A stretch of DNA of 64,000 nucleotides from Chiloscyllium plagiosum (Eukaryota), in assembly GCF_004010195.1 (NCBI RefSeq), contig NC_057750.1, positions 12,313,144 to 12,377,143 of the forward strand. The letters are read 5' to 3'. Made by a program: the position numbers and the translations under genes. Each line of letters begins with the position of its first letter. Position 1 is the stretch's first letter. Shown here one piece after another: positions 38,640 through 50,440 of this stretch. A model generated the notes under the pieces. It saw nothing but the letters and a program-made list of their open reading frames with translations. It did no database searches and had not been told where the DNA came from.

Positions 38640-39300
38640 GAATAAAAATAAACCTTTTCTTTTGCAAGTCACCATAAATTGGTGTTCTCTGATAGTGATT
38701 CTTCTGTCACTGGAACAGTTTCTCCCCATAAACTCTGTCTGGAGCCCTCATGATTTTGAGCACCTCAATCAAATCTTCTCTTCTCCATTCTCAGATTATC
38801 TAATCTATCCAAATTGCTTAAGTTTCTTATTCCTGAACCCCTTCCCATTACTCTTACCTGCACCCTCTGTAATGCCTTCATGTCTTTCCTAATGTATGGA
38901 TTCCAGGACACAATACTCCAGTTGAGGCCGGACCTTTTTATGTTCAGGTTTATCACAACTTCTTGCCTTTGTACATTATGCTCCTATCTATAAGACATAG
39001 GATTCTGTATTCTTCCTTAGTCATTTCCTCAACCTGGTCTGCTGATGACTTGCACAGGTATCTCTGCTCCTACATCTACGTTAAAATTGTATATTTCATT
39101 TGGTATTGTCTCTGCTTGTTCTTTGTAGCAAAATGGATTACTTCACACTTCTCTGCGTTGAATTCCACCTGTCACTTGTCTGCAAATGCTACCAGCCTGT
39201 TTATATCCTCTTTTAGTTTCTAATTGTCCTTCCCACAGTTGACAATATCTCTCAAGTTTTGTATCATCTGCAAATATAGATATTTTACCCAAGTCGGTGT
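38640..39300 (-). mobile_element. Old CR1-type LINE fragment
   Basis: WNPYIRKDMKALQRVQ (ORF 38765..38956); gtatcatctgcaaat is FADDT on the minus strand. Confidence 0.7.
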
Positions 39301-39374
39301 CATCATGACAAGAGCACACTCAGTAGAGTGCATTCCTCTACTATCCTGTGTGAACTCAACATAAAATTACAATT

Positions 39375-39605
39375 AGGCAGAGGTGGATACTGCAGATGCT
39401 GGAGATTAGAGTCAAGATTAGAGTGATGCTGGAAAAACATAGCAGGTCAGGCAGCATCCAAGGAGCAGGAAAATCGAGTGTTTCGAGCAAAAGCCCTTCA
39501 TCAGGAATGAGGCTGGGAGCCTCGGGGGTGGAGAGATAAATGGGTGGGGCTGGGGAGAAGATAGCTGAGAGTGCAATAGGTGAATGGAGATGGGGGTAAA
39601 GGTGA
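39375..39605 (-). mobile_element. PLE 3' end with degenerate hammerhead (39476-39504)
   Basis: Reverse complement ttcctgatgaagggcttttgctcgaaacactcgattttcctgctcc. Confidence 0.8.
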
Positions 39606-39907
39606 CTACACAACACTTTGAGGAATTTCCCTACCTGGTTGATGCACTGCAACTACAAAATTCAAAACAGATACCTTTTTCCTCAGAACTTCCACTTCAC
39701 TAAGGTTGCTTCAGGCTAATTCAAATCCAATTCTCATACTGCTAAACCTCTACTTACATTTTGATATCTGTGACAAATTATACTATAGCAGCTGGGATGA
39801 TCATAACATTGTGAAGTAAACAACAAGATTTAAGAGTCAATTTGCCCTCACTTCCGTCATTAACAAATTCTTAAAAATAATTTCAGTCTATCCAGCTTTA
39901 TCAAAAT

Positions 39908-40240
39908 TTGGAGATGCTGGTGTTGGACTAGCATTGACAAAGTTAAAAATCACACAACAACAGGTAATAGACCAAGTATTTGGAAGCACTCGCTTTCGAG
40001 GTGTGCCTCTTCATCAGGTGGTTGTGGACCATGACCAGAAGACACAGAATTTATAGCAAAAGGGTTATACTTCCACGGAGTTGTAATGATATATTAAACA
40101 AACTTAGATTAAGCCTTGCATCCTTTAGGATGGGATATGCTGGTTTAGAGCCACCGTCTGATGAAGAGGCAGCGCCTCGAAAGCTTGTGCTTCCAAATAA
40201 ACCTGTTGGACTATAACCTGTTGTGCAATTTTTCACCTTT
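39908..40240. mobile_element. Fold-back insertion of the third putative PLE family
   Basis: 39940-40020 and 40155-40240 are diverged inverted copies; body homologous to 22590-22861. Confidence 0.75.
40158..40186 (+). ncRNA. Minimal hammerhead motif (AGCU-type stem III)
   Basis: CTGATGA-A-GAGGC-AGC-GCCTC-GAAA-GC-TT. The antisense twin at 39990-40017 reads GAAAGCGA (lost U). Confidence 0.6.
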
Positions 40241-41214
40241 ATTCAAAATGAATCAGTTTTATTCTTAGATTATAATCTGCCTATTAATCCATCCATTAGT
40301 TTTTGAGAAATATTGCTTAAAAACAGACTAAAAACCAAGAACGAAAGTGTTACCTCCATTGCTTTTTAGTGGCAGAGATAAAATAAGTCCTATTGCCAAA
40401 TCCTGCAGAAATGCAGTATGTACATTCCTCAAGCCTTAAATAAAACTTTCATCACCACCGTGTTCCTTGTCACAGCCAATTGCCACTATCTTTTTATTTT
40501 ATGGGCTTCACGTTTTCTGCAAGCATTTTCTGGAGACCTTCCAATAATGAAGGAGCAGCAGCTTCAAGGTAAGTGAGGTAGAAAGTGACCCAAAATGGAA
40601 GGACCCTCTTTCCAACTCCTTAAAATTTAACAGGAATGAAAAGCCTTCGTAGTTGGGTCACCATTGTAATACAAACACCCGAATTAGGAGCAGGTGGAGG
40701 CCATTATGCCCCTCATGCCTGATCCACCATTCAATCATCTCATTGCTGATCTGATTATGGCCTCAACTCCACATACCGGCCTTCCTTAAAACCCTTTGAC
40801 TCCCTAGTTTGTCAAGAATCTGTCTACCTCTGCCTTTGGGAAAGCGAATTTCACAGATCTATGAACTCTCCAAGCGAAAAAAAATTCTCATTTCAGCCTT
40901 AAATAGGAGACCACATATTGTTAAGCTGCGTTTATCTTGTCAAGTTCCCTCTGAATCTTACATCATTGCTCTAAACTCCAACAGACAGAGGCCCAAGGTT
41001 TTCTTATAAGATAACTAGACTCTTCTTCGCCATACCAGGTGGCATACTGCTGCTGCTCTTAAAAAGGTAGTTGTGAGTGAACTCTGAGCCTGCCTGGAGT
41101 ACTGGTTCCCTGTTCTGCTGTCAGACCACCTCCAGTCAGTTGGCCAGTTTCTGATTTATCTGGCAACCTTGATACTTTGCAGGAATATTCCAGAAGGCTC
41201 CTACAGCAGACAAA

Positions 41215-41910
41215 TGCAAGATATTGCAGTTGCTTGAAAGCTGAAGCAGAACCAAAAAAGTGCTGAATGTCCTCAGCAGGTCAGGCAGCATCTATGAAGA
41301 GAAACAGAGTTAATGTTTTAGGTCAAGATGACCTTTCATCAGAACAGAAGAAAAATAGAATGTAAGGGTTTTAAGCTGGGGAGGGGTTTGGGAAGGGAAC
41401 AAGAAGAACAAAAGGGGATCCAAGTGAGGTTCGGAGACTTTGGTCCCCTAAATAGCAAAAGGTTTCAAGATATAAAATTCAAAGAGAGTGATAATGGGCA
41501 TAGTAAAGACAAAAAAGTGTCCAGCTGAGGTGTAAATGGCTGCTTAGCAACCATCTGAATGCAAAGGCTCATTAAACAAAAACAAACAAGATAGAAGCGG
41601 AGTTTATCATCTAGAAATGTTGAACTCAGTGTTTAGTCCTGAAGGTGGTAGAATGTCAGGTTGAAAAATAGGTACTGTTCCTTCAGCTTTCTTCGAGCTT
41701 TGTTGGAATAATGCAGAGGGTGAGGACAGAGAAGTTCTGAGGCGGGGGGTGGGGGGCGAAAACAAAATGGGTATTTGAAATGACAAGCAACAGAAAGCAT
41801 GGGCCATGGTATTTGTAGACTTGGAGGATGTGCTGTGGAAGGTGGTCACCCAATCTGCATTTGATTTACCTAATGCAGAGAAGACCAGATCATGAATAGT
41901 GAATGTGGTA
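41215..41910 (-). mobile_element. Old PLE 3' region with eroded GIY-YIG C-terminus
   Basis: ctcagcaggtcaggcagcatct terminus; ORF 41607..41849 ends PIFQPDILPPSGLNTEF, compare IFCLGTL.PQGINVDF at ~44700. Confidence 0.6.
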
Positions 41911-42137
41911 ATTACAGTGAAAGAAATTCACCAAGGCTCGTTAGACAGCACCTTCAAAAACTTTGACAACTATCATCTAGGACATAGGCTGATCATACAC
42001 AGGAACATCACCACTGGCAAGTTGTCTTTCAGCCATTCACCATCTTGACTTGGAAATAGACTGCCTTCACTGTTGTTTTGCTGGCTCAAACTCCTGGAAC
42101 TCTTCTCACTAATATGTTGTAGATGAACCTACATATG

Positions 42138-43710
42138 ACCATAAGACATAGGAGTGGAAGGAAGGCCCATCAAGTCCACTCCGCCATTTAATCATGGCTG
42201 ATGGGCGTTCCAATTACACTTAGCCGCACTCTCCCTGTAGCTCTTAATTCCTTGTGAGATCAAGAATTTATCAGTCTTTGCCTTGAAGCCAATGTCCTGG
42301 CCTCCACTGCGCTCCGTGGCAATGAATTCCACAGGCCCACCATTCTCTGGCTGAAGATATGTCTTCTCATTTCTGTTCTAAATTGACCCCCTCTAATACT
42401 AGGGCTGTGCCCATAGGTCCTAGTCTTCCTGCCTGACGGAAACAACTTCCCACCGCCCACCCTTTCTAAGCCATGTATTATCCTGTAAGTTTCTAACAGA
42501 TCTCCCGTCAACCTTATAAACTCTGATGAATACAATCCCAGGATCCTCAGCCATTCATCATATATTAGGCCTACCATTCCAGGGACCATCCCTGTGACTC
42601 TCCGCTGGACACGCTGCAGTGCCAGTATGTACTTCCTAAGGTGTGGGGCCCAAAATTGGACACAGTATTCCAAATGGGGCCTAAACAGAACTTTATAAAG
42701 TCTCAGAAGCACATCGCTGCTTTTATATTCCAACCCTCTTGAGATAAATGATGACATTACATTTGCTTTCTTAATCACGGCCCCAACTTGCAAATCAACC
42801 TTTAGGGAATTCTGGACGAGAACTACCAGATCTTTGTACTTTAACTTTATGAATTTTCTCACTGTTTACAAAATAGTCCATGCCTGCATTCTTTTTTCCA
42901 AAGTGCAAGAGCTCGCACTTGCTCACGCTGAATTTCAGCCATTTCCTGGACCATTCTCCTAAACTGTCTAAATCTTTCTGCAGCCTCCCCACCTCGTCAG
43001 TACTACCTACCTGTCCACCTAACTTCGTATCATCGGCGAATTTCGTCAGAATGCCCCAATCCCTTCATCCAGATCATTAGTATAAAAAATGAACAGTTGC
43101 AGCCCCAACACTGAACCCTGCGGGACACCACTTGTCATCATTCGCCATTCTGTAAAAGAACCTTTTATCCCAACTCTCTGCCTTCTGTCAGACAGCCAAT
43201 CCCCAATCCATGCCAGTAGCTCACCTCGAACATCATGTACCCTCACATTACTCAGCAGCCTCCCGTGATGCACCTTATCAAAGGCCTTTTGGAAATCTAG
43301 ATAACAAATACTGGGTTTCCCTGGTCTAACCTACTTGTTAACTCTTCAGAGAATTCTAACAGGTTGTCAGGCATGACCTCCCCTTACTGAATCCATGCAG
43401 ACTTGTTCTAATCTGACCCTGCACTTCCAAGAATTTTGAAATCTCATCCTAAATGATGGATTCTAGAATTTTACCTACAACCGAGGTTAGGCTTATTGAC
43501 CTATAGTTTTCCATTTTTTGTCTTGATTCTTTCTTGAACAAGGGGGTTACAACAGCGATTTTCCAATCATCTGGGACTTTTCCTGACTCCAGTGATTTTT
43601 GAAAGATCACAGTCAGTGCCTCCGCTATTTCCTCAGCCACCTCCCTCAGAACTCTAGGATGTAGCCCATCGGGGACAGGAGATTTATCGATTTTTAGACC
43701 TTTTAGCTTT
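42138..43710 (-). mobile_element. CR1-type LINE, RT to 3' end
   Basis: ORFs 43449..43640, 43046..43273 (SGVPQGSVLG), 42795..42992 and 42260..42862 (LYKVLFRPHLEYCVQFWAP...WNSLP). Confidence 0.92.
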
Positions 43711-44176
43711 TAACCACAAAGGCAATAAGCAGAGAAAAAATGAGGAACAAAGGCAAACTGGCCAAAATTATAAAGGAGAATAATAAAAGCTCTTTTAGGT
43801 ATGTGAAAAGAAACAAAAATGCTTAAGACTAAAATTGGGCACTTGAAGACAGAAAGAGGTGAATTTGCTATGGGGAACAAGGAAATGGCAAAAGAGTTGA
43901 ATAGGTACTTTGGGTATCTTCACTGGCGAAGACACAAGCAGTCTCCCAGATGTAATCGTGGCTGAAGGTCCTAGGGTAATGGATGAACTGAAGGTAATTT
44001 ATATTAGGCAGGAAATGGTGTTGAATAGACTGTTAGGTCTGAAGGTTGATAAGATCCCAGGACCTGATGGTCTGCATCCCAGGGTACTTAAGGAGGTGGC
44101 TCTAGAAATTGTGGATGCATTGGTAATCATTTTCCAATGTTCTATAGATTCACGAACAGCTCCTGTGGATTGGAGG

Positions 44177-45113
44177 ATAACAAGGACAGAACACTCCGGT
44201 CCTCACCTTCCACCCGAACAACCTTCGCACAAACCAAATTATCCGCTGACATTTCCGCCACCTCCAAACGGACCCCACCACCAAGGAGACATTTCCCTCC
44301 CCACCCCTTTCCGCCTTCCGCAAAGACCGTTCCCTCAGTGACTACCTGGTCAGGTCCATGCCCCCCTACAACCCACCCTCCCGTCCTGGCACCTTCCACT
44401 GCCACTGCAGGAATTACAAAACCTGCGCCCACACCTCCTCCCTCACCTCCATCCAAGGCCCTAAAGGAGCCTTCCACATCTGTTGCTTCCGATGCGATCT
44501 CCTCTACATTGGGGAGACTGGATGCCTCCTAGCAGAGCACTTTAGGAAACATCTCTGGGACACCCGCACCAATCAACCACACCGCCCTGTGGCCCAACAT
44601 TTCAACTCCCCCTCCCACTCAGCTGAGGACATGGAGGTCCTGGGCCTCCTTCACCGCCGCTCCCTCACCACCCGATGCCTGGAGGAAGAATGCTTCATCT
44701 TCTGCCTCGGAACACTTTAACCCCAGGGCATCAATGTGGACTTCACCAGTTTCCTCAATTCCCCTTCTCCCACCTCACCCCAGTTCCAAACTTCCAGCTC
44801 AGCACCGTCCCCATGACCTGTCCTACCGGCCTATCTTCTTTTCCACCTATCCACTCCACCCTCCTCTCTGACCTATCACCTTCATCCCCACCCCCACTCA
44901 CCTATTGTACTCTATGCTACTTTCTCCCCACCCCCACCCACCTCTCATTTATCTCTCCACCCTTCAGGCACTCTGCCTGTATTCCTGATGAAGGGCTTTT
45001 GCCCGAAACGTCGATTTTCCTGCTCCTTGGATGCTGCCTGAACTGTTGTGCTTTTCCAGCACCACTCTACTCCAGAATCTGGTTTCCAGCATCTGCAGTC
45101 ATTGTTTTTACCT
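44177..45113 (+). mobile_element. 5'-truncated Penelope-like element (Cys linker, GIY-YIG remnant, pLTR)
   Basis: ORF 44358..44720: PGTFHCHCRNYKTC...CFRCDLLYIGETGCLLAEHFRKH...PVAQHFNSPSHS...EEECFIFCLGTL (Neptune-like Cys linker). Terminus gtcattgtttttacct is identical to that ending at 11408. Confidence 0.9.
44985..45012 (+). ncRNA. Minimal type-I hammerhead motif
   Basis: CTGATGA-A-GGGC-TTTT-GCCC-GAAA-CG-TC. Confidence 0.75.
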
Positions 45114-45885
45114 AGGTGGCTAATTTTGTCCCACTTTTCAAGAAAGGAGGGAGAGAGAAAACAGGGAATTATAGATCAGTTAGCCTGACGTCAGTGGTTG
45201 GAAAGATGCTGGAGTCAATTATAAAAGATGAAATTATGACTCATTTGGATAGCAGTAACAGGATAGGTCAGAGTCAGCAAGGATTTACGAAGGGGAAATC
45301 GTGCTTGACTAAGCTTCTTGAATTTTTTTGAGGATGTAACTTTGCGGATGGACAAGGGACACCCAGTGGATGAAGTGTACCTGGACTTTCAGAAAGCTTT
45401 TGCTAAAGTCTCACATAGGAGTTAGTGTGCAAAATTAGGGAACGTGGTAATGGATGCAAAATACTGACTTAGATTAAAAATTGGCTGGCTGACAGGAAGC
45501 AACCAGTAGTGATAAACAGATCCCTTTCGGAATGGCAGGCAGTGACCATTGGGGTACCATAAGGTTTGATGCTGGGACTGCAGCTGTTTACAATATACAT
45601 TAATGATATAGATGAAGGTTTTAGAAGTAATATTAGCAAGTTTGCTGATGACACAAAGCCGGGTGGAAGGGTGAAATGTGAGGAGGATGTTATGAGAATA
45701 CAGGGTGACTTGGACACACTAGGCGAGTAGACAGATGCATGGCAGTTGCAGTTTAATGTGGATAAATGGGCGGTTATCCACTTTGGTGGCAAGAACAGGA
45801 AGGCAGATTACTACCTAAATGGAGTCAAGTTAGGTAAAGGGGAAGTACAACTAGATCTAGGTGTTCCTGTACATCAGTAAATGAA

Positions 45886-46505
45886 GGAGAAAGTGAGGAC
45901 TATAGATGCTGGAGATCAGAGCTGAAAAATGTGTTGTTGGAAAAGCGCAGCAGGTCAGGCAGCATCCAAGGAGCAGGAGAATCGATGTTTCGGGCATAAG
46001 CCCTTCTTCAGGAATGAGGAGGGTGTGCCAAGCAGGCTAAGATAAAAGGTAGGGAGGAGGAGCTTGGGGGAGGGGTGTTGGGAATGCAATAGGTGGAAAG
46101 AGGTTAAGGTGAGGGTGATAGTCCTACTTGTGGAACGTTTCAGGGAACACCTCTGAGACACCTGCACCAACCAACCCAACCGCCCTGTGGCTGAACACTT
46201 TAACTCCCCCGCCCACTCCGCCAAGGACATGCAGGTCCTTGACCTCCTCCACTGCCAGACCATGGCAACACGACGCCTGGAGCGCTCCCACCCCCTCTCC
46301 GGCCTATCACCCTCACCTTAACCTCCTTCCACCAATCGCATTCCCAACGCCCCTCTCCCAAGTCCCTCCTCCCAACCTTTTATCTTAGCCTGCTTGGCAC
46401 ACCCTCCTCATTCCTGAAGAAGGGCTTATGCCCGAAACGTCGATTCTCCTGCTTCTTGAATGCTGCTTGACTTGCTGCGCTTTTCCAACAACACATTTTT
46501 CAGCT
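45886..46505 (-). mobile_element. Fold-back PLE insertion with internal GIY-YIG fragment
   Basis: ~200-bp inverted arms (45919-46120 and ~46305-46505), 33-nt tail on the left, TSD catcagt(a/c)aatgaa (45872-45885 and 46506-46519). Confidence 0.88.
46414..46441 (+). ncRNA. Minimal type-I hammerhead motif
   Basis: CTGAAGA-A-GGGC-TTAT-GCCC-GAAA-CG-TC. The antisense twin at 45984-46011 reads GAAACATC. Confidence 0.73.
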
Positions 46506-47231
46506 CATCAGTCAATGAAAGCAAACATGCAGGTACAGCAGGCAGTGAAGAAAGCTAATGGCATACTGGCCTTCATAACAAGAGGAATTGAGCATAGGAG
46601 CAAGAGGTCCTCCTGTCGCTGTACAGGGCTCTGGTGAGACCACACCTGGAGTATTGTGTGCAGTTTTGGTCTCAAATTTGAGGAAGGACATTCTGGCTAT
46701 TGAGGGAATACAGTGTAGATTTACAAGGTCAATTCCCGGAACGGCTGGACTATCACATGTTGAAAAATTGGAGCGACTGGGCTTGTGTACACTTGAGTTT
46801 AGAAGGACGAGAGGGGATGTGATTGAGATATATAAGATTATTAAAGGATTGGACACTCGGGAGGTAGGAAATATGTTTCCGTTGATGGATGAGTCCAGAA
46901 CCAGAGGACACAGTTTAAAAATAAGTGGTAGGCCATCTAGAACAGAGTTGAGGAGAAACCTCTTCACCCAGAGATTGATGGAGGTATGGAATGCTCTGCC
47001 CCGAAGGCAGTGGAGGCCAATTCTCTGGTCACTTTCAAGAAAGAGATGGATAGAGCTCTTAAAGACAATGGAATCAAGGATTATGGGATAAGGCAGGAAC
47101 AGGATACTGATTGTGGATGATCAGCCATGATCAGAATGAATGGTGGTGCTGGCTCGAAGGCCGAATAGCCTACTCCTGCACCTATTGTCTATTTTCTAGC
47201 ACTTTCTCTTTTGTAATGATTACCCATACTC

Positions 47232-47303
47232 AACTCCGCCCCCGACTCTCCTTAATTGTTGGGATATAACTCTGCCCCCGACTCTCCTTAATTGCTGGGA
47301 TAT
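47232..47303. repeat. 36-bp tandem duplication
   Basis: aactc(c/t)gcccccgactctccttaattg(t/c)tgggatat twice. Confidence 0.9.
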
Positions 47304-49219
47304 TACTCATGTCTTACATGTAACGGTTCAAAAAGGCAGCTCCCCTGACCAGCATCTGCTCAAGTGCATCTAGGGATGGGCAGTAAATGCTGACCCAGAC
47401 ATTAATACCCACATTCCATCAATGAATTTTTTTCAAGAAATCATGTGGACCATAAGAATCACACATGTAGGTGGGAAGAGGTTGGGCAAGGGTAGAAAAT
47501 AAATCTTTGAGAGATTAATAGGCACAAATGGGTTGAAACAATGGACTGGTGAGGACAGTCTACTTATTGATTTTGGGCAAGAGTTAGAAGTTGCCTGGTT
47601 GGGGATCCATAAGGCTGGAAGCTGTAGAAGGAAGATCTTCAGAGTAGATAAGATCAGGGACAGTCCTGGATACGATGACCTGATATTTGGTAGAAGGGTC
47701 ATGGTCCAGGGACAGCCAGGAGGAAGTGATGGAGATTTGGCAGTTGGCCTGTGCTAGATAGAGTGCAGTACAACAGTCAACATCAGCCCCATGCTTTCAG
47801 CGGGTTCATTAGTGATGTTAGAGTTGGTTTTTGAGAGAACAGACTGAAGCAAGTTCAGAGGGAGATAGACTAGAATGAGTGAAGGGCGCAGAAAAATTGC
47901 AACAGTTGATGTCATCCCAGTTGTTGTTGTAAGCATATAGAGAGAGTAAGATGTTGGAAGAAGTCGTCCAAATGATAGGAAGAATGAAAGGATCTGTTAA
48001 TCACCAGGGAGAAATCTCTGGATGAAGTAAGTGGGCAGAGGTGAATGAAGAAAAGCTCAGCATTATGCCAAGCTGTAAAATTGATGTGGGACACATGGGA
48101 TGTGGAATGAAGCTGAGGATAAAGCATGGAATTATCATGAATTCCTGGCATTGTCATCAAAGGGTGAAATTGGTTAAACAGATGGGTTGAAGCGCAAGGA
48201 AAGGGATGAAGGAACTGAAGTGGTGCTGGTGTCCATTAGTTGGTAGAATTTAACTGGCCTTTAACTAGTTGAATCACTGCTTGTGAATGGGGAAGACTGC
48301 CACCTTCCCATCCCACCTCTAGGAAAAATTGCAAGATGGACTGAAGGGACCTACACACCGGCTGACAATATGAAAGAACACTTCTGTCACCATGGAACCT
48401 AAAAGTTTTGCCCATGGTGGTTCTTAGCTGCAGCAGGCGTAAGATGTTTGATCAATTCCCCATATAGTAGACTAATGGACTATCGTGAATGAGTTGGATG
48501 ATATTTTAATCTCAGCATCTGCAAATAAAAAGAGAGCAGCCTAAGGGCTGATACAGAAAAGAGTTGGAAAATGTAGTCAGGAGAAAAATCCAAAAACAAA
48601 CTACTAGAATTGCTTTTTTATGCAATGAAAAGCAAGAATATATTATACAATATTCTCCTTTAAAAACAAAACACCAAAATTAGTAGGCTTGCGGAAAAAC
48701 AAACTACAGATTAAATGCTCTACAGAGCCCAGTGGGACCTGAACACAGCTGAGGAAGAACTTAACTGGTTAAGACAAAGTCAAATTACAGTTTGAAATAC
48801 CAAGTCACCAACTCAGATAAGCATGGCACTCAGTACATCCTTAAAACACTTAAATTATTTTGTGTCAAATCATCCCAGCAGTTAATATTTGGGTTTGCTG
48901 TGCATTTCTGCCTTGAGAAAAACAACACATTTTAGGCCTTTGTATGCATGAAGAAAATATGAAGAAGCTGCAAGATGGAACCCAGGCTATAGGCATCTTT
49001 CAAAGATCAGACTAATATCTTTGTTAGCTGTTTCTCCTGTTCAAATGGCAACAGTTTGAACCTAAAACGTTTTTTTCAACTCTTGAAACCAGTTGGGCCC
49101 ACTGTGCATAGATGTGAACGTGAGGTGCCAAGGTGTGCTCTTAAATTATATGCCTATGGCCCTCACATCTCATTTTTCCCTCACTGAGGGGTCTGGTGAG
49201 CAAATTTCAGAAAGATAAC

Positions 49220-50440
49220 GCCAGGAAGAGAAGTAGGCCATTTGGTCCCTCATACTTGCCCATTATTCAACAGGATCATAGTTGACCTGCCCCAGGTCTC
49301 ACCTATTCTTTTGTACCAGCTCAGCATAGACATCAATTCCTTGACATTTCAAACATCTATCTTCTCCTGTTTAAATAAATTCAGTGATCTAACCTCCATA
49401 ACTCTGAGGTAGAGAATTCCAGACATTCACTGTCATATGGGAGAAGATATTCTTTTGTCTCTCAGTTTTAAAATAGTGTCCCTTTATTCTGTAATTGTGT
49501 TCCCTAATTCAAGGTTTCCCTACTCGTGGATATATTTTCTCAAAATCTACCCTGTCAGACCCCCTCAGAATCTTGAATGTTTCAATAAGATCACCCCTCA
49601 TTCTTTAAAACTCTAATGAATAAAGGCTTAACCTTATGTCATTTTTGATAAATCAACCACTTTATATCTTAAGAATCAGCCTAGTTAATTTCTTCTGAAC
49701 TGCCTATAATGTCAGTATATATTTTTTCAATTACAGTGATCAAAACTGCACACAGTAGTCCAGATATGGCATCACCAACACTCTGTACAGTTGAAACACA
49801 ACTACTCTGTTTGTAAACTCCAACCTGCCAGCAATTATTGCCAAAATTCACTGTCTTCTTAATGACTTGCTGCATCTATATTCTAACTTTATGTTTCATG
49901 CACAAAAACAGATCCTTTTGTGCTGCATTTTTTTGGGGGAATTTCTCTCCTTAGTGTTAGGTCCATTAGTCAGGGGTAAATGTAGGGTTATAGGGTAGGG
50001 GAATGGGTCTGGGTGGGTTACTCTTCGGAGGGTCAGTGTGGACTTTTTGGGTCAAATGGCCTGTTTCCACACTGTAGGGAATCTAATCTAAATCTAAAAA
50101 ATAACAGCCCACCTTTTGATTCTTCCTACTAAAGTGCATGTACTCATACTTAAATTTCCTCTACCATTTCTTTGCCCATTCACTCAGTCTCACTTTCTCT
50201 CCTTGCAGATTATTTATGTTCTCATCATAACATGCCCTCACTTATTTTTGTATCAACAAAAAATTTGGATACATTACACTCTGTTCCCTCCTCCAAGTTA
50301 TTAATATTTACAGTAAATAATTAAGCCTCTATGACTGATTTTTACAACCTAAAAACTGATCCATCTTCTGCATTTTATCCAATCCTCAATGCATGCTAAT
50401 ACACTTACCATCTGTACCGTGAGTTCTTTTCTTGGGCAAA
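49220..50440 (-). mobile_element. Old CR1-type LINE 3' portion with HE1 3' half inserted (49951-50097, +)
   Basis: aataagatcaccctcattct, caaaactgcacacagtagtccag and the HE1 tail ggcctgtttccacactgtagggaatctaatctaaatct. Confidence 0.75.

Larger units (their letters stand above)
43712..47195 (+). mobile_element. CR1-type LINE (~1.9 kb net) interrupted by two PLE insertions
   Basis: KVDKIPGPDGLHPRVLKE...DWR, then ANFVPLFKKGGREKTGNYRSVSLTSVVGK, FADDTK, and RGDVIEIYKII...FTQRLMEVWNALP; tail cctactcctgcacctattgtctatt. Confidence 0.92.

Noticed and set aside
47450..48300. Purine-rich stretch resembling a minus-strand L2 endonuclease region
   Set aside because: Too degraded to assign with confidence by eye.
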